From Octopus vulgaris (taxonomy: Eukaryota), in NCBI GenBank assembly GCA_951406725.2, contig OX597825.1, positions 58,714,001 to 58,778,000 of the forward strand: a DNA stretch of 64,000 nucleotides. The letters are read 5' to 3'. The notes beneath the pieces were generated by a model. It had not been told where the DNA came from. It did no database searches and was given only the letters and a program-made list of their open reading frames with translations. Made by a program: the position numbers and the translations under genes. Below, piece by piece: positions 25,636 through 39,308 of the stretch (position 1 is its first letter; every line of letters starts with the position of its first letter).

Positions 25636-26422
25636 AACGTCTCCCTTCCTGCGCATGAGCGAAAGTTTTCGCGCCGATAGGCCGTGTTATTTCCCGCCTT
25701 TTACGCCAAGAGTACGGATTTTCGTTTTCAACGAGCAGAAATATTGCATCAAGTTTTGCCAAAAACTTGATACGCAAGCTCAAACCATCCAGAAGACTCA
25801 ACAAGCTCTGGACGATGATGCCATAGGTAAAACTCATGGAGTGGTACAACAGCTTCAAATATAGTCGTGCTTTAGTGGAGAGCAAGGCATGCTCTAACAG
25901 GCCACCTACAAACCAAACGAAGAGCTGATTGTGAAGGTTCGGCGAATAGTCACACAAGACCACCGTGTAACAATTCAGAAAATTCCTCACGAAGTAGGAA
26001 TAAGTACAGGGTTAGTGCATTCCATTTTAACGGTGGATTTGTGCATGCAGAGAGGGCTGGTGAAATTCGTCCCCTAGGTTCTAGCAGAGCAGCAGGAGGA
26101 ACTCTACATAGAAATCGCTCAGGACATGCTGGATAGTGCAACTCACGACTCCCACTTCATGAAGACCATCATCGTTGGTCATGAGATATGGGTGTACGGT
26201 CTCAGCTCGATGCGTTCGGTCATCTTGTGAGAAAACGAAAATCCGACGAGCGCGCACTACACGTCTGTACTCGAGACATAACAACTGAAGTGACTTACCG
26301 GCGCGAAAATTTCACTGCATATGTAGGCAGGGTGGCGTCACCTCCCACCTAAAGGATTTTGCCCACGTGGAATTAGGTTTGGCAGGAAAAAATGAAGTCG
26401 GATAGTTTTTGAATGTACCCTG
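25636..26422 (+). mobile_element. Internally deleted mariner with transposase remnant (25730-26205) and long inverted ends
   Basis: EQKYCIKFCQKL HTH region, EVGISTGLVHSILT and IIVGHEIWVYG (cf. ITGDETWVYG); 25636-25729 mirrors 26231-26337. Confidence 0.8.
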
Positions 26423-26483
26423 TGTGTATACATACATACACACACACACACACATATACATACATACACACACACACACACAC

Positions 26484-26556
<73 letters not shown>

Positions 26557-27002
26557 TGCATACACATACATACACACGTGCGAATTTCGCTCTGGATTTC
26601 GCACTATCGACATGATCTTTTCCCGCTCTCCATTCACTATTATGTTTGAGTGTGCGTTAAATTCAAGTGACTTTGCTTTTGATTTTTCTCAATATTCTTG
26701 CCAATACATACCCAACTCCTCTTTTTTTCTCCCTTATTTTCGCGTCCACAAATTCAATTGACTTGACTTTGATCACACCTCACTTTCCTCCGCATCGTAC
26801 AACTCCTACCAATCGACATCACTCCTCCACCGTTTTCTTTGCATTATTTCCATTCTTAGGTAGGAAGCAATGAAACCAATAATTTTCGTCGACGCTGAAT
26901 ATCATTGCCTTCTTCGGATTCTATTCTTTTACTATTTGCTGTGCTTTTCTTGTCTAATACAACGCTGTTGGATTTAACCATAAATACTTTTATTAAAATT
27001 CA

Positions 27003-27870
27003 GGATGACTGGAAAAAAGGCCACTAAGCGAAAGCGAATGGAGTAGTATTAATAAGAATCGGAGAGGGATTACGTTAGCTGGGCGTTAAACTTCATGTTT
27101 ATAGAGTGTTGATGCCAGAAAAAAAAACTGAGTCATATTGCAAAAGCATCAAAACTTGCAACGTCTACAGTGAGAACAACACAGGACAATAAAGGCAAAA
27201 TTAGTTCAGGTGCTTAAGCAGCAACTCTGTTAACTGCCCGGATATTGTTTTCTCGTGGATCTGATGTAAAATTTAATGTAGAACGGCTCCTGAGTTTGAG
27301 GATCGATGAATAGACTGGACATACCGGTCATTCAAGCAAAAGATCAGCAGAAAGGAGAATGTGCAATTTCTGATACAAAGTCTTTTCTAGCCAGGTAAAA
27401 CTGTTTTGGAGAGTTTAAGAGGCATCTTAATGAACACAGCATTAAAATTACTAGTGAAGCTATCGGTGCTGATACAGAGGTGGCCACCAATTATTCTAGG
27501 AGCGGACGGAAGATAACTGCTGAAGGTTGTTATGCACCAGAACACTACATGAAACTGGGCTTGTTATATAAAAACCCACACCAACTAAGATGTATAGTTC
27601 TAGTGAAAGTATAGCACTACCACATTTTAAAGCTTTCACAATTCTTATCGTCAGATATTTATTGTGAGAGGATATGAAATCAAAGTCCATACTTAAGCAT
27701 CACTCCAAAGATCCAAGCGCTTTAGTCTATTTGTGATTTAGCATTCAAATGAAGCTCGGATAATTACGAATCTCTTTACAATATATTTGCTCTACAATAG
27801 CTGAGTACTATGTCAGGCGTGATATTTCTAACAAAGTATTGCTCCTTTCAGACAATGCACCAAACTTTCA
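27003..27870 (+). pseudogene. pogo/Tigger-like transposase remnant
   Basis: Broken frames give KLATSTVRT (psq-type HTH), IKITSEAIGAD (cf. GEAASAD), ETGL and KVLLLSDNAP. Confidence 0.65.
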
Positions 27871-28274
27871 AGTAAAAAAGGTGATTGCTGTTGTCGGTTA
27901 AGATTCCTTTTGCAATTTACTTTCATTTTTATGGGGCAGTTTACTTTTAATTTTTGCAACAGTAAACTGCATGCTAGTCCTAATTAAAACACATTTTGTA
28001 GCAGTATTATTTATGATTACAAGTGTTAAAGGTACTCGTAATAAAGATAACTTGATATTCATACCAAAGTATCTTTTCGTATACATACCAGCTGGTAGTC
28101 ACTGACACTCTATTTCACTGTGCGAATATAGTAGAACAGAGTATCAGAATAGATGCAGCGAAATAGAATACTTAAATAGATGCAGATGAATAGAGAATCA
28201 ATGAGCGGGTCGTTGATATCAGGCAAAATACTTTTGATACTTAAAAAAGAATTTTAAAATAAATGCGCCCATTT

Positions 28275-28452
28275 TTTAAAGCTTAGCCAGGCTCATGGCG
28301 TATGTGTTCCCCAGCTGGACGGGATGCCAGTCCATCGCAGTGTTACTCATTTTTGCCAGCTGAGTGTACTGGAGTAACGTGAAATTAAGTGTTTTGCTCA
28401 AGAAGACAACGCGTCGCCCGGTCTAGTAATCGAAACCACAATCTTACGATCA
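28275..28452 (-). mobile_element. tRNA-derived SINE fragment
   Basis: Minus strand GATCGTAAGATTGTGGTTTCGATTACTAGACCGGGCG resembles the family A head. Confidence 0.6.
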
Positions 28453-28721
28453 GGTGCTGGCAATTAAAAAGGAAAACAAGGAGATATGCGTGTTGTTAAT
28501 GGATACCATGTCTATACTATAAAGTAATTCTTTCGTTTTCAGCAGTCGATCTCCGATCATGTGGCTTGCCAAACAACTACGGGTTAAATAAATTTATGGA
28601 AGTGTGGTTAAGAAATTATCTGCGTTGTTTCGAGTTCCATTCCACTATATGACACTTTAGGAAATGTTTTCTAACAATGCGGCTTCGAGCGAAATTTGTA
28701 TGGTGGAAACATATATGCACA

Positions 28722-28960
28722 TATGGCCTAGCGGTTAGGGCGATGCATTCTCGATCGCTAGATCGTGATTTCGACTCCCGGACCGTGTACCTGTTCAAGC
28801 CATGTCGATTTATTGAGGGAGAGAACTCCTGCAAATCACAAACATTTAATCACTATAAACAAATCACCTGTGCAGGTTGTCCAACAAGAAATTGCAGAAT
28901 CCTCATCTGTAATCAATGATAGGAGACTACAACGTATATACTTATGTCCACCATTATCAT
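28722..28960 (+). mobile_element. Diverged tRNA-derived SINE
   Basis: A box TGGCCTAGCGG and B box-like GATTTCGACTCCC. Confidence 0.55.
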
Positions 28961-29616
28961 TCCCCAAACACGTTTTTAACTAAAATACGTAAATGGCTCC
29001 CAAAGCCTTATTTTTATGTTAATAGAATAAAAATAAATTATTTCCTTACGAATGCCATGAAAATATTAGTGAGTTGGAGAGGGTGACCACTGATCCACCC
29101 AAATGAATATGGAAAATCGGTTATAAACTGTTAGTTAGTCAAATATCGTTGATTGACAATATCCTCAAACGGAGAGAAAAACTTATGGTGTCCAGTTGAC
29201 CTGCAACAAATATAAGCCAAGCTTCCTTCAAATCAAAATACCATATTGAAAAAAAAAGAGCTCTTAACAGATGTCCAAGTTTGGAAGTAATTGACTATAG
29301 TGATGCTTGATGAATATTGACCTGAGGCTAAAGAACAACAGCAGCATCGCAACAAAATGGACTTTAAGTCTTTAGACTGGGTTTTCGATATTTTGATGAA
29401 ATAATTACTAAGGTATTGTTCGGTGTTTGCTCAACTATTTGGCTTGCACAGAGATTTGGCGATTTGGCGACTTGGCGTTACAAAGAGACTTGTATTTACT
29501 TGTAATGCGACAGTTAAATACAGGTAGGCGAAGCAACTTTAAACGTGGCTCGTACTTCTGTGTGTCTGTGTGTTTATTTACACGCACACGCACACACACA
29601 TCTATGTATGTATGCG

Positions 29617-29655
<39 letters not shown>

Positions 29656-29727
29656 ACACACACACACATACACACACACACACACATACACACACACACA
29701 CACACACATATATATAAATTTTGTAGC

Positions 29728-29846
<119 letters not shown>

Positions 29847-30108
29847 CAAATACGCATATAGATAGATATATACTCAAACACACATATATATATATACATA
29901 CATGCATACATACAAATATATATGTAATGTATGTATATAAACATACATACATACATACATACAATTTGCAAGCATGCACCTGTCTTGTTATTTTTCTTCT
30001 TAACAAATAAATTACAAGTGTATAGAATCTTAGCTTGTGTAGAATGTACAAAAGGAAATGACAATGATGATGATGAGGAGGAGGAAGAGGATGACGATAA
30101 TAATAATG

Positions 30109-30172
<64 letters not shown>

Positions 30173-30186
30173 TAATAATAATAATG

Positions 30187-30220
<34 letters not shown>

Positions 30221-30242
30221 TAATAATAATAATAATAATAAC

Positions 30243-30340
<98 letters not shown>

Positions 30341-30672
30341 TAATAATAATAATGATAATAATAATAATAATAATAATAATTCATAAATAAACAAACTTGT
30401 CAAACGGGATTAGATGCGTTTCTGCGGAAACCATTTCAATGGGTAGATTTTTAATCACATCAATGATCAATCATCGATTAGAATGGTATCAGTTTGCGTT
30501 GGGAAACTGGGACAGGTCAAAACATGTTATCACAGTTTGTAAGACAGAGTCGCAACAAAATACAGCCGCGTTTCAGAGTATCATTCAAATTTACACACCT
30601 GCACATACGTCATAGTCACGTGTATACACACACACATACAAATGTGCACATACACATACACATACAAACACA

Positions 30673-30705
<33 letters not shown>

Positions 30706-31140
30706 TGTTTCTATCAATGTCTTTTTTCTTAAATAATACGCTCCCCATACCACCTTCCCATTTCTCCTCGCACTCGCCCCCGCATCCTTCTCCTCTCCAC
30801 GTCTTCCTCTTACATGGAATACAATTACACCTACACACCATCTTCCCACAATTCCACTATTCCACACCACTGCACGCCATCCTCCCACACTTCCACTATC
30901 CCACGCCACTACACACCCATTGTTGCACACTGCGACACACCTACATAATACTCAAAGAAATCACACGCACACTTTTCCCCTATGTCTGTCTCTATAAACG
31001 GACCCCTCCTATACATGCACACACACAACCCATCTTCTATCTTCTCTTCCCCTACAAAACCGCATTCCCATCTGACCCCTGATTGCTTTCTTTTTTACTA
31101 ACCAGCTTTTCTCATTTTTACTTTTTTAAAAATTTTCTAC

Positions 31141-31176
31141 TTGTCTGATGAAGGACTTGCATCCGAAACGTCGAGA
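31141..31176 (+). ncRNA. Minimal hammerhead core (Penelope pLTR-like)
   Basis: CTGATGA a gga-cttgca-tcc GAAAC GTC; core intact, stem I not evident. Confidence 0.5.
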
Positions 31177-31285
31177 CACTTCCCCTTCCTTTTAAGCGCT
31201 AAAAGCTAATACAACACTTGTTAAAATGTATTACTCACATGTAGTCTTCTTTTTGTGCTCATTTCGTATGTGTGTGTGTGTGTGT

Positions 31286-31364
<79 letters not shown>

Positions 31365-31699
31365 TTAACTAGAGGTGAACTATGCAGCATTGAATGAAGT
31401 ATAGGCGTGTACACTCATATTTAACGCGTTCATATACATTCAGGCATGAGAGACCTTTCATAGAGGAAATAGTCTTAGGAGAAAATTCTCCGCGTAGACA
31501 TCAGTAAAAATATATCTTTAGCTATGAATAACGTTATTGGGCCTACGACACATGCGTTTCTGCGTTGCAATGCCTCATCAGCTATGGCCACCGAATCAGT
31601 TGTTCATAGTCCTCTAAGAACCGTTGTTCTTTTTATAAATAAAGACAGAGAATAGTACATTTGGTGATGTGTGTATGTATACATATATATATATGTATA

Positions 31700-32261
31700 T
31701 CTCTATATCTATAAACGGCAAAATTTCTGTGTGTCTGTGTGTCCTTTATACAAATCCACAGTTTTTCACGTAAAAGGCTCGCATTTTCGATGGGCTTTCA
31801 AAACTGTCTGAGGGTGGTCATGAAGATCTTTTCATTTCCCCAGTCACCCCAGAAAGCCATTAAAAAGCCGATAAACCGACCCCTTATGCCCATAAGTTAC
31901 AGGCATATCCATTCAAAATCGCTAAAACATAGAAATTTGTACGCGGTGTGTGCGTACAGCTAGATAGACTGCCAATAGACTGCCAGCTGTTTTTTGATTG
32001 GACGGAGATAATTTTACCCTTGACAGTTGAATGCGCCTGCGCATTTGCAGACAATCTGTATGACTCAGCGCATTTTTGTGTTTTGCGAAGAAGCGTTATC
32101 ATGTGTTTTGGCTTTTGAATGTGCACTCCTTTTTTTGATCTGAGAAATGCAGGGAATAATTAACGAGTTAGACCAAGTGAATGACAAGAGAGCGGGATTT
32201 TCATGAAAGACCAAATATGCTTGACTAGCACTAGACCCGGCAACGCTGGATCATAGTGCTA

Positions 32262-32262
<1 letters not shown>
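31700..32262 (+). mobile_element. Non-autonomous Helitron
   Basis: 5' TC(TATATCTATAAA); subterminal hairpin CCCGGCAACGCTGG; 3' CTAG at 32259-32262 followed by T. Confidence 0.75.
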
Positions 32263-32308
<46 letters not shown>

Positions 32309-32309
<1 letters not shown>

Positions 32310-32694
32310 TAGCAGTATCGCCCGGCGTTGCTCGGGTTTGTAAGGGAAATAACTATATAAGCATTTTTAGAGAGTTATAGCCAAAATATAGCAAAAAATG
32401 CAAAAAAAATTATGGTAAATTTTTTTTTAAATCGTTGACTCATCGTAGACATTTTTAGAGAGTTACTTCCCTTATATAATAGCGAAAAAATGCATTAAAA
32501 TGGAAAAAAATGATGGTAAATTATTTTTAAAATCGTAGACTCATCGTAGACGCGCGCTAATACCCAGAAGGGCTCGATATGAATCACGACTATAAGATAC
32601 CCGCTTTTGGTTACACTGCACCGCAAGATGTGGGAGTAGTTAGGAATCTAAATCGTAGGAGACAGACACACAACTTCACTTTTATATATAAAGA
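32309..32694 (-). mobile_element. Non-autonomous Helitron (second family)
   Basis: Minus strand starts TCTTTATATATAAAA and ends with hairpin CCCGAGCAACGCCGGG and CTAG. Confidence 0.8.
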
Positions 32695-33278
32695 TATATA
32701 TGTATACATATATATATGTATACACACGCATATATACACACACGCATGCATATATGTAATACACATCCATTCATGCATACAAGTATACATACACGTGTAT
32801 GTATGCGCGCGTGTGCGTTAGCGTGTGTGTGTGTGTGTGTACGTACGTGAGTGTGCGTGTGGTTTTGGTCATCTGTAAATTTGTTTGCCAGTGTACTGAG
32901 AATTTGTGGAAGGGAAAAGTAAACAAGTTTGGTCATCTCCCACATGTAATTGGCGCCTGGTATTTTCGTGAGCATTATTTTGTCAATTTCTTCAGTCCGC
33001 CTTAGTTTTGCGATTTTTCTTTTCTTTTCTTTCCATTTTTTTTTTTTTCGCTTCACTGTCATAAAGCTTTAAAGGTGGATCTAAAAATAATATAAATGGA
33101 TGATTGACTTGTTTTAGATAGCAATCTTTGGCTTTATTTTTACTTTTACTGGTTTCAGCCGGAGTCTGTGTCCATTCTGGGGCACTGGTATGAGTATGAT
33201 TGGTTTTTATCTTTTTATCTTTTTATTTTTTTTTTTTTGTATCACTCACTTCCTGGTTTTCTCTCTGGAACTGTTTGT

Positions 33279-33511
33279 TATTTCGTTATTGCCCACAAGG
33301 GGCTAAACACAGAGAGGACAAACAAGGGCAGACAAAGGGATTAAGTCGATTACATCGACCTCAGTGCGTAACTGGTACTTAATTTATCGACCCCGAAAGA
33401 ATGAAAGGCAAAGTCGACCTCGGCAGAATTTGAACTCAGAACGTAATGGCAGACGAAATACCGCTAAGCATTTCGCCCGGTGTGCTAACGTTTCTGCCAG
33501 TTCACCGCCTT
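33279..33511 (-). mobile_element. Family B SINE, full length
   Basis: Head GGCGGTGAACTGGCAGAAACGTTAG...GAGTTCAAATTC; tail GCCCCTTGTGGGCAATA. Confidence 0.9.
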
Positions 33512-34351
33512 AATGAAAAGCTTCTCTTCTTTGTGTTTCCTGCATCGTCGGTGTGGATTCATCAGATAAAAATATGTTCATTGAAAACATATGTTCTTTG
33601 AAAACATTTACACATCGCAAATCTCGGAAGTTGTTTATTAGGTCGAGTGCCGAAAATTTGTGGGCTCTTCACGCCTAAGCTGTTACAGTATGGGTCCCTG
33701 TTTTAGATAGAGAGGACAGGATCTTTGTTTTTTCCGTAATTGAGTCGTTAACCTATTAGGTATGATTGATGGGATTGTCTTGGGTGCTAAATTTGTTGCT
33801 ACTCAGAACTTCCCACCAAACACATTTGTTCATATACGTGTACATGCGTGCGTGTGTGCATGAGTTCGTGCGTGCCTGTTTGTGTATGTGTGTTTGCTGT
33901 TTTGGAGTACGGATTCCGTCGACTGTAATATTCATTTGTACCTAAATTAGAAACAAACATCGTAAAATACCGTGTGGTATTTAGTTTCGGTTCTTTACGC
34001 TGTAAGTTCGAACTCCGCCGAAATCAACTTTGAAGATTAATAAAATAAAGTACCAGTCACGTACTCGGGTGACGGTAACCACTAAACGCCTTCCCTCAGT
34101 TTTGTACTTAAATTATATATAAGTGAAACGGTGCGTTGGCAGAATTGTTAAAGCGCCGAAAAAATGTCTTGCGATATTCGTTCGTCTCTTTATCCTGCCG
34201 TATATCACTTTCATCCATCAGGAATCGTTCAAATAGAGTACTAGTCAAGTTCTGGTGTTGATGGTATCGACTACTCTTCCGTTCAAAACTTCTTGCCTTG
34301 TGCCGGAATTGGAAACAATTATCATCATAATCACCACCACTATCACCATCG

Positions 34352-34383
<32 letters not shown>

Positions 34384-34384
<1 letters not shown>

Positions 34385-35192
34385 TATGTTTGATTTTTGC
34401 TTTACATTTGTACAAGTTGGTTCCAAGTCTCATCAAGAGACCTCAAGAGACAACAAGCTGGAAGTTCATGCTGGTGTTATGCCTAGGGTGCCATATATTT
34501 GGTTTTGTACATAGTGTTGTTCTAGAGAATGTTTAAGAAACCATAAGAAAATTACGTTTGTTTTAAAACTTGAGATTACAGAGAAAGTATTTTGCGTAGG
34601 ATATGAGCAGTTCCCATGAGCACTATTTTTTGAATTTCTGCCATTTTGGGGTTTCCTGGTATCTGAGCTAGGTAGGAATCAGCCCCTTTTGCTATCATTC
34701 CCAGGGCACCTATGACAACACATATTGTTTTAGTCTTCAGATTCCACATTTTGCTAATTTCTATTTCAAGATCTTTATATTTGCTCAGTTTTTGGTAGGT
34801 ATTGACAAATACGTTTATATCGATTGGGACAGTTATATCAATGAGGAGGTATGATTTTTGTCTGAAGTCTTTCTATATGATGTCTGGCCTATTCACATCT
34901 ATCTTTCTGTCAGTTTGAATGGTGATGTTCCAGAGGAGTGAGATGTGAGCATTTTCAAGCACTGGAGGTGGTTTGTGTTTCCACCAGTTTTTATCATGGG
35001 GCAAATCCAGGGTTTTGCAAATTACCCAGTGAATATATTGTGCAGCTCTACCATGCCTGTTGAGATACTCTGCAGGCGCAAGAAGACTGCACTTGGAGAC
35101 AACATGATCAATGGTTTCATTTTGTTGTTGACATACACGACATGTTGGGCTACTGCCGTTCTTTAATATGTTGGCCTGGTAATTCCTTGTTA
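34384..35192 (-). mobile_element. R4/Dong-clade LINE 3' end (CCHC knuckle + restriction-like endonuclease)
   Basis: DHVVSKC...YLNRH...YIHWVIC...NRPDII...LIDITVP...KLSKYKDLEIEISKMW...VVIGALG; flanked on both sides by (ATT)n. Confidence 0.9.
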
Positions 35193-35929
35193 GTAATTAT
35201 TATTACAAATATTATTATTATTATTACTATTATTATTATTATTATTAATATTAATATTATTATTATTATTATTAGCAAGTCTACCCATCTACAATGGAGG
35301 TATAAAACGAGGGAGGGAATTCCTAACAGTAGTATGTATTGAGAAATGTGTAAATAGGCTTGATAGATTACTGGGTGGTGTCTTTAGAGAAATCACAAGC
35401 TATATGACATGTGTTTGCGACTAAGTGACATGTGATGACAATTCACTCCCGGACTGAAATAGGCTCCCAGCCTCTGTATCATGAATGGTTATGTGGACCA
35501 CTCCTAACGAAAGCCAGAGCTTCCGTCGAGCACGACATAAAAAGTATCAAGAAAAAAATTTTATTTAGATATATTTTTATTTTAGTTGTTTACACTATTT
35601 TACATTTGTTTATACTCTTATACATACAGAGTTCACAATTTTCTTCATTTAAATTATGAATCATATTCCTTTCGATAATATCAATATGATTACAAAACTT
35701 CTTTGTAGACGATATTTTCTGTTTGGTCGACACTAGTTTTCAAATTACAGGAATCCGTTGCTCTACTCATAGCGACGTAATCATCAGAGTGGGTAAAAAT
35801 ACACCTACATGATCTGAAGCCTGGCCCTGTGCTTTATTTGCTGTGAATGCGCAAATAGTATCTTTAGTAATCTTTAGTAATCTGCCCATCTGGGAAATAA
35901 AATGATAGTATAGCAAATCTAAACCCTCT

Positions 35930-36192
35930 AAATTCACGAACTATACGGGGATGGGGGGATCCAGAGTTAATCCTCATCGCTGGAATTTTATCAAAAGAAA
36001 ATCAAAGGTGATTTATTAATACAAAACTCAATATCCACTAAATAATCATACTTTTTCACATTTTTTTCGCTAAAAACCTTCCTGATTACCTCTTTCGTGA
36101 TCCAAAAACAACATCGTGACCATTGGTTCAGCCGTTTGACCGTGAAGAGGGTAAAGACAGACAGAAGGACATAATACCCATTATAGTAAGAT
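35930..36192 (-). mobile_element. Probable Helitron-type non-autonomous fragment (5' end)
   Basis: Minus strand starts TCTTACTATAAT followed by CTGTCTGTC and AACGGCTGAACC, motifs common in such elements. Confidence 0.45.
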
Positions 36193-36219
36193 TATCATTA
36201 TTAATTATTATTATTATTA

Positions 36220-36275
<56 letters not shown>

Positions 36276-36490
36276 GGCGGCGAGCTAGCAGAATCGTTAG
36301 TTAGTACGCCAGATAAAATGCTTAGCAGCATTTCGTCCAACATTGCATTCAGTGTTCAATTTCCGCCGAAGTCATCTTTACTTTTCATCCTCCTTTCGGG
36401 GTCGATGAAATAAGTACCAGCTGGGTTGATGTAATCGACTATCCCCGTCCCCCAAATTTCATGCCTTGTGCCTTTAGTAGAAAGGATTAT
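36276..36490 (+). mobile_element. Family B SINE
   Basis: GGCGGCGAGCTAGCAGAATCGTTAG...TTTCGGGGTCGATGAAATAAGTACC. Confidence 0.85.
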
Positions 36491-36519
36491 TATAATTAGT
36501 ATTATCATTTCTCTTTATC

Positions 36520-37295
36520 ACAGGTTTTGTTGGAGCTCTTGGGGTCTTGCATACGTATTGGGCTTGCTACCTGCAGCCTATGGTACCATGCTATCCGTCC
36601 TTTTCAGCTATCTAATACTTTCATGATTATTCTGGACGTGCCAAGGAGGTAAACCTTTTGTAACAGTTCTACTGGGCACTCTATTCCAATTCCTTTTATA
36701 TTCCCCTTCGTGCCTTCTGATACTGTTCCCAGGGACCCAGTAAAATTGGCACTATCTTCACCTTCATTTTCCATAGCCAGGCTATTCCATATTTAAAAGG
36801 AATGTATTTATCTATTTTCCACTTTCTTTCTTGACTATTCCTTGATCAAAGAGACATGCAACATCAACTATATGGTATATGTGGCGCACCTTGTCCACCA
36901 CCACAAGGTCCGGTCTGTTATGCTCTAGCACCTGATCTGTTTGGATTGGGAAATCCCAGAGGATTTTGCTAGTTTCCCACTCCGCCAGTCTCTGCGGTTT
37001 GTGTTCATACCACGTCTTGCCTCTCTCTAGCCTCCACTTTTCACAGTTTCCAATGTAGCACTTTCGCTACCTGATCGTGTCACCACAACTTGTCGTGGTT
37101 TGGGGCAAGTGTAGGGCATTCGCTTGTGATGGGCAAGAGTAGGGCATTCGTTCGTGATGGGCAAGTGTAGGGCATCACTGCAAGAATTCTTCGCAGGGTT
37201 CTTGAAGCATGACCAGTAAAGAAGTGTCACCCTAGTCTGATAGCTATGGACAGCTGACACTTTCCATCATACCCAACAAAATAAGCTGTGAGGTT
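36520..37295 (-). mobile_element. Second, more diverged R4/NeSL-type LINE endonuclease fragment
   Basis: ILWDFPIQTDQVLEHNRPDLVVVDK...IVDVAC; contains a 28 bp triplicated segment at ~37102-37177. Confidence 0.8.
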
Positions 37296-37297
37296 TC

Positions 37298-37410
<113 letters not shown>

Positions 37411-37516
37411 TGACGAACAATTACGCAAGAATTATGCAATAAGTTGCCGGAAAAATTATTATTGTTGTTGTTGTTATTATTATTATTATCATCATCATCA
37501 TTATCACCATCACCAT

Positions 37517-37562
<46 letters not shown>

Positions 37563-37589
37563 CCATCATCATCATCATTATTATTATTG

Positions 37590-37641
<52 letters not shown>

Positions 37642-37662
37642 TATTATTATTATTATTATTAC

Positions 37663-37705
<43 letters not shown>

Positions 37706-38006
37706 TATCGAACCCGAAGATAAGAAAGTGAAAACAAATCAACGTGGCACTTGAAGTTCGGACGTAAAGTGAACATACGTAATATGGCGACGGATGTTTG
37801 TCCGCCTCTCTATCGATTTGCCATTTATTGCCCTCAATAAATGGCAGATCATTAGAGTGTTACCAGCAACCATGTAAAATTCTAGTAATTCTATTTGCTA
37901 AAGTTAAGGTATGGCTCAACAGAAATGATTTTTCAATGAAATAACGTAATGAGAAAAATAAAAAAAACTGGATCATCAACAAGCAACTAAAAATGTTTAT
38001 TAACCA

Positions 38007-38088
<82 letters not shown>

Positions 38089-39308
38089 ACGTGTTATTAC
38101 AATCACGTGTTTTTTTGTTCCAGGCTTGCGACAATCAGTATTGTACAGCGATATCGATGTGTTACTGCAGATTATTTCTTATTTCAAGGTTTGGTCCACA
38201 TGAGAATTAGGGTTGTGTTGCTATTGTTGTTGTTATTGTGGTTGTAGTTATTGTTGCGGTTACCATTGTTGCTGTTGTTGCAATTGCAGTTGTATGCTGC
38301 TATTGTTGTTGTGGCTGTGGCTATTGTTACTGTCGTCGTTGTTGCTGTTTAGCCCCATATCAACACTGATCGAACAAATCTCTTGTCAAACGTATTCCAA
38401 TCATGGACATCCCATCGATTTATACATCAGGGATTACATTACCCAGTGTGTTTTACTTTGTTTAAAACAGTTGAGAGTGAGTAGTGCGTAATGATTAGAA
38501 GGAGATTTTGCTACAATTTTCAGCTGCTCGGGGACCTTTGTACGGGTTCCTTCACTAGCAAGTGAAATTTGATACTTCTCAGATTTTGCTAAGTTTGACC
38601 TACACTACTTGTCTCTTATTAAACAATACAGAGGCGTGACTAGTCCTGCGAAGTTATAAACAACACCAGTGGAACCCAGTTCCTATTCTTGTTGCTGCTG
38701 TTACAGCTACTGCTGCTGCTACTGCTACTGCTACTGCTACTGCTGTTGTCTAGCTTCGAGAAAGATCTAATCGAGCAGATCAATTGTCAAAAGTGGTCTT
38801 GCGATTTTCTCATCGGTCCTGTATATCAGAAACAAGCAACACTGCCCAATGTGTATTTAAATATTTATTGATATCTATAGTCAGTGGTTTGAGGGGAATT
38901 TAGCTGTTATCTCTTGCAGATTGGGTCGGCTTCTAGTCTCAGCTATAGCAAGAGTCGAACTCTGTACAACAAGCTAACGATACACATAAAGAAATATCAT
39001 TAAGAACATCAATTGATATTGTTGCTTTTACTCTAAAGCACCACTACGTTGTCGCTTGACTCGCAAGACATAATAGTCAAATTTCCCTTCAACCATTCAT
39101 CAGCGTTTTAAAAAAGAAAACGATACTTTAGAAATGTGATCCTAGAAACTCCTAAATACGCAATGATCAAATCGGTTTCGGCCCATGACCATACCGCATT
39201 TAGTGTCGCTGGAACAACATCTATTCCATTTGCCCTTCAGTTTTCAAGATGCTACAATGTGATTGGTAGGAGTTTGGTCTGGTATTCTAACATAGATTAA
39301 TATTGTTA

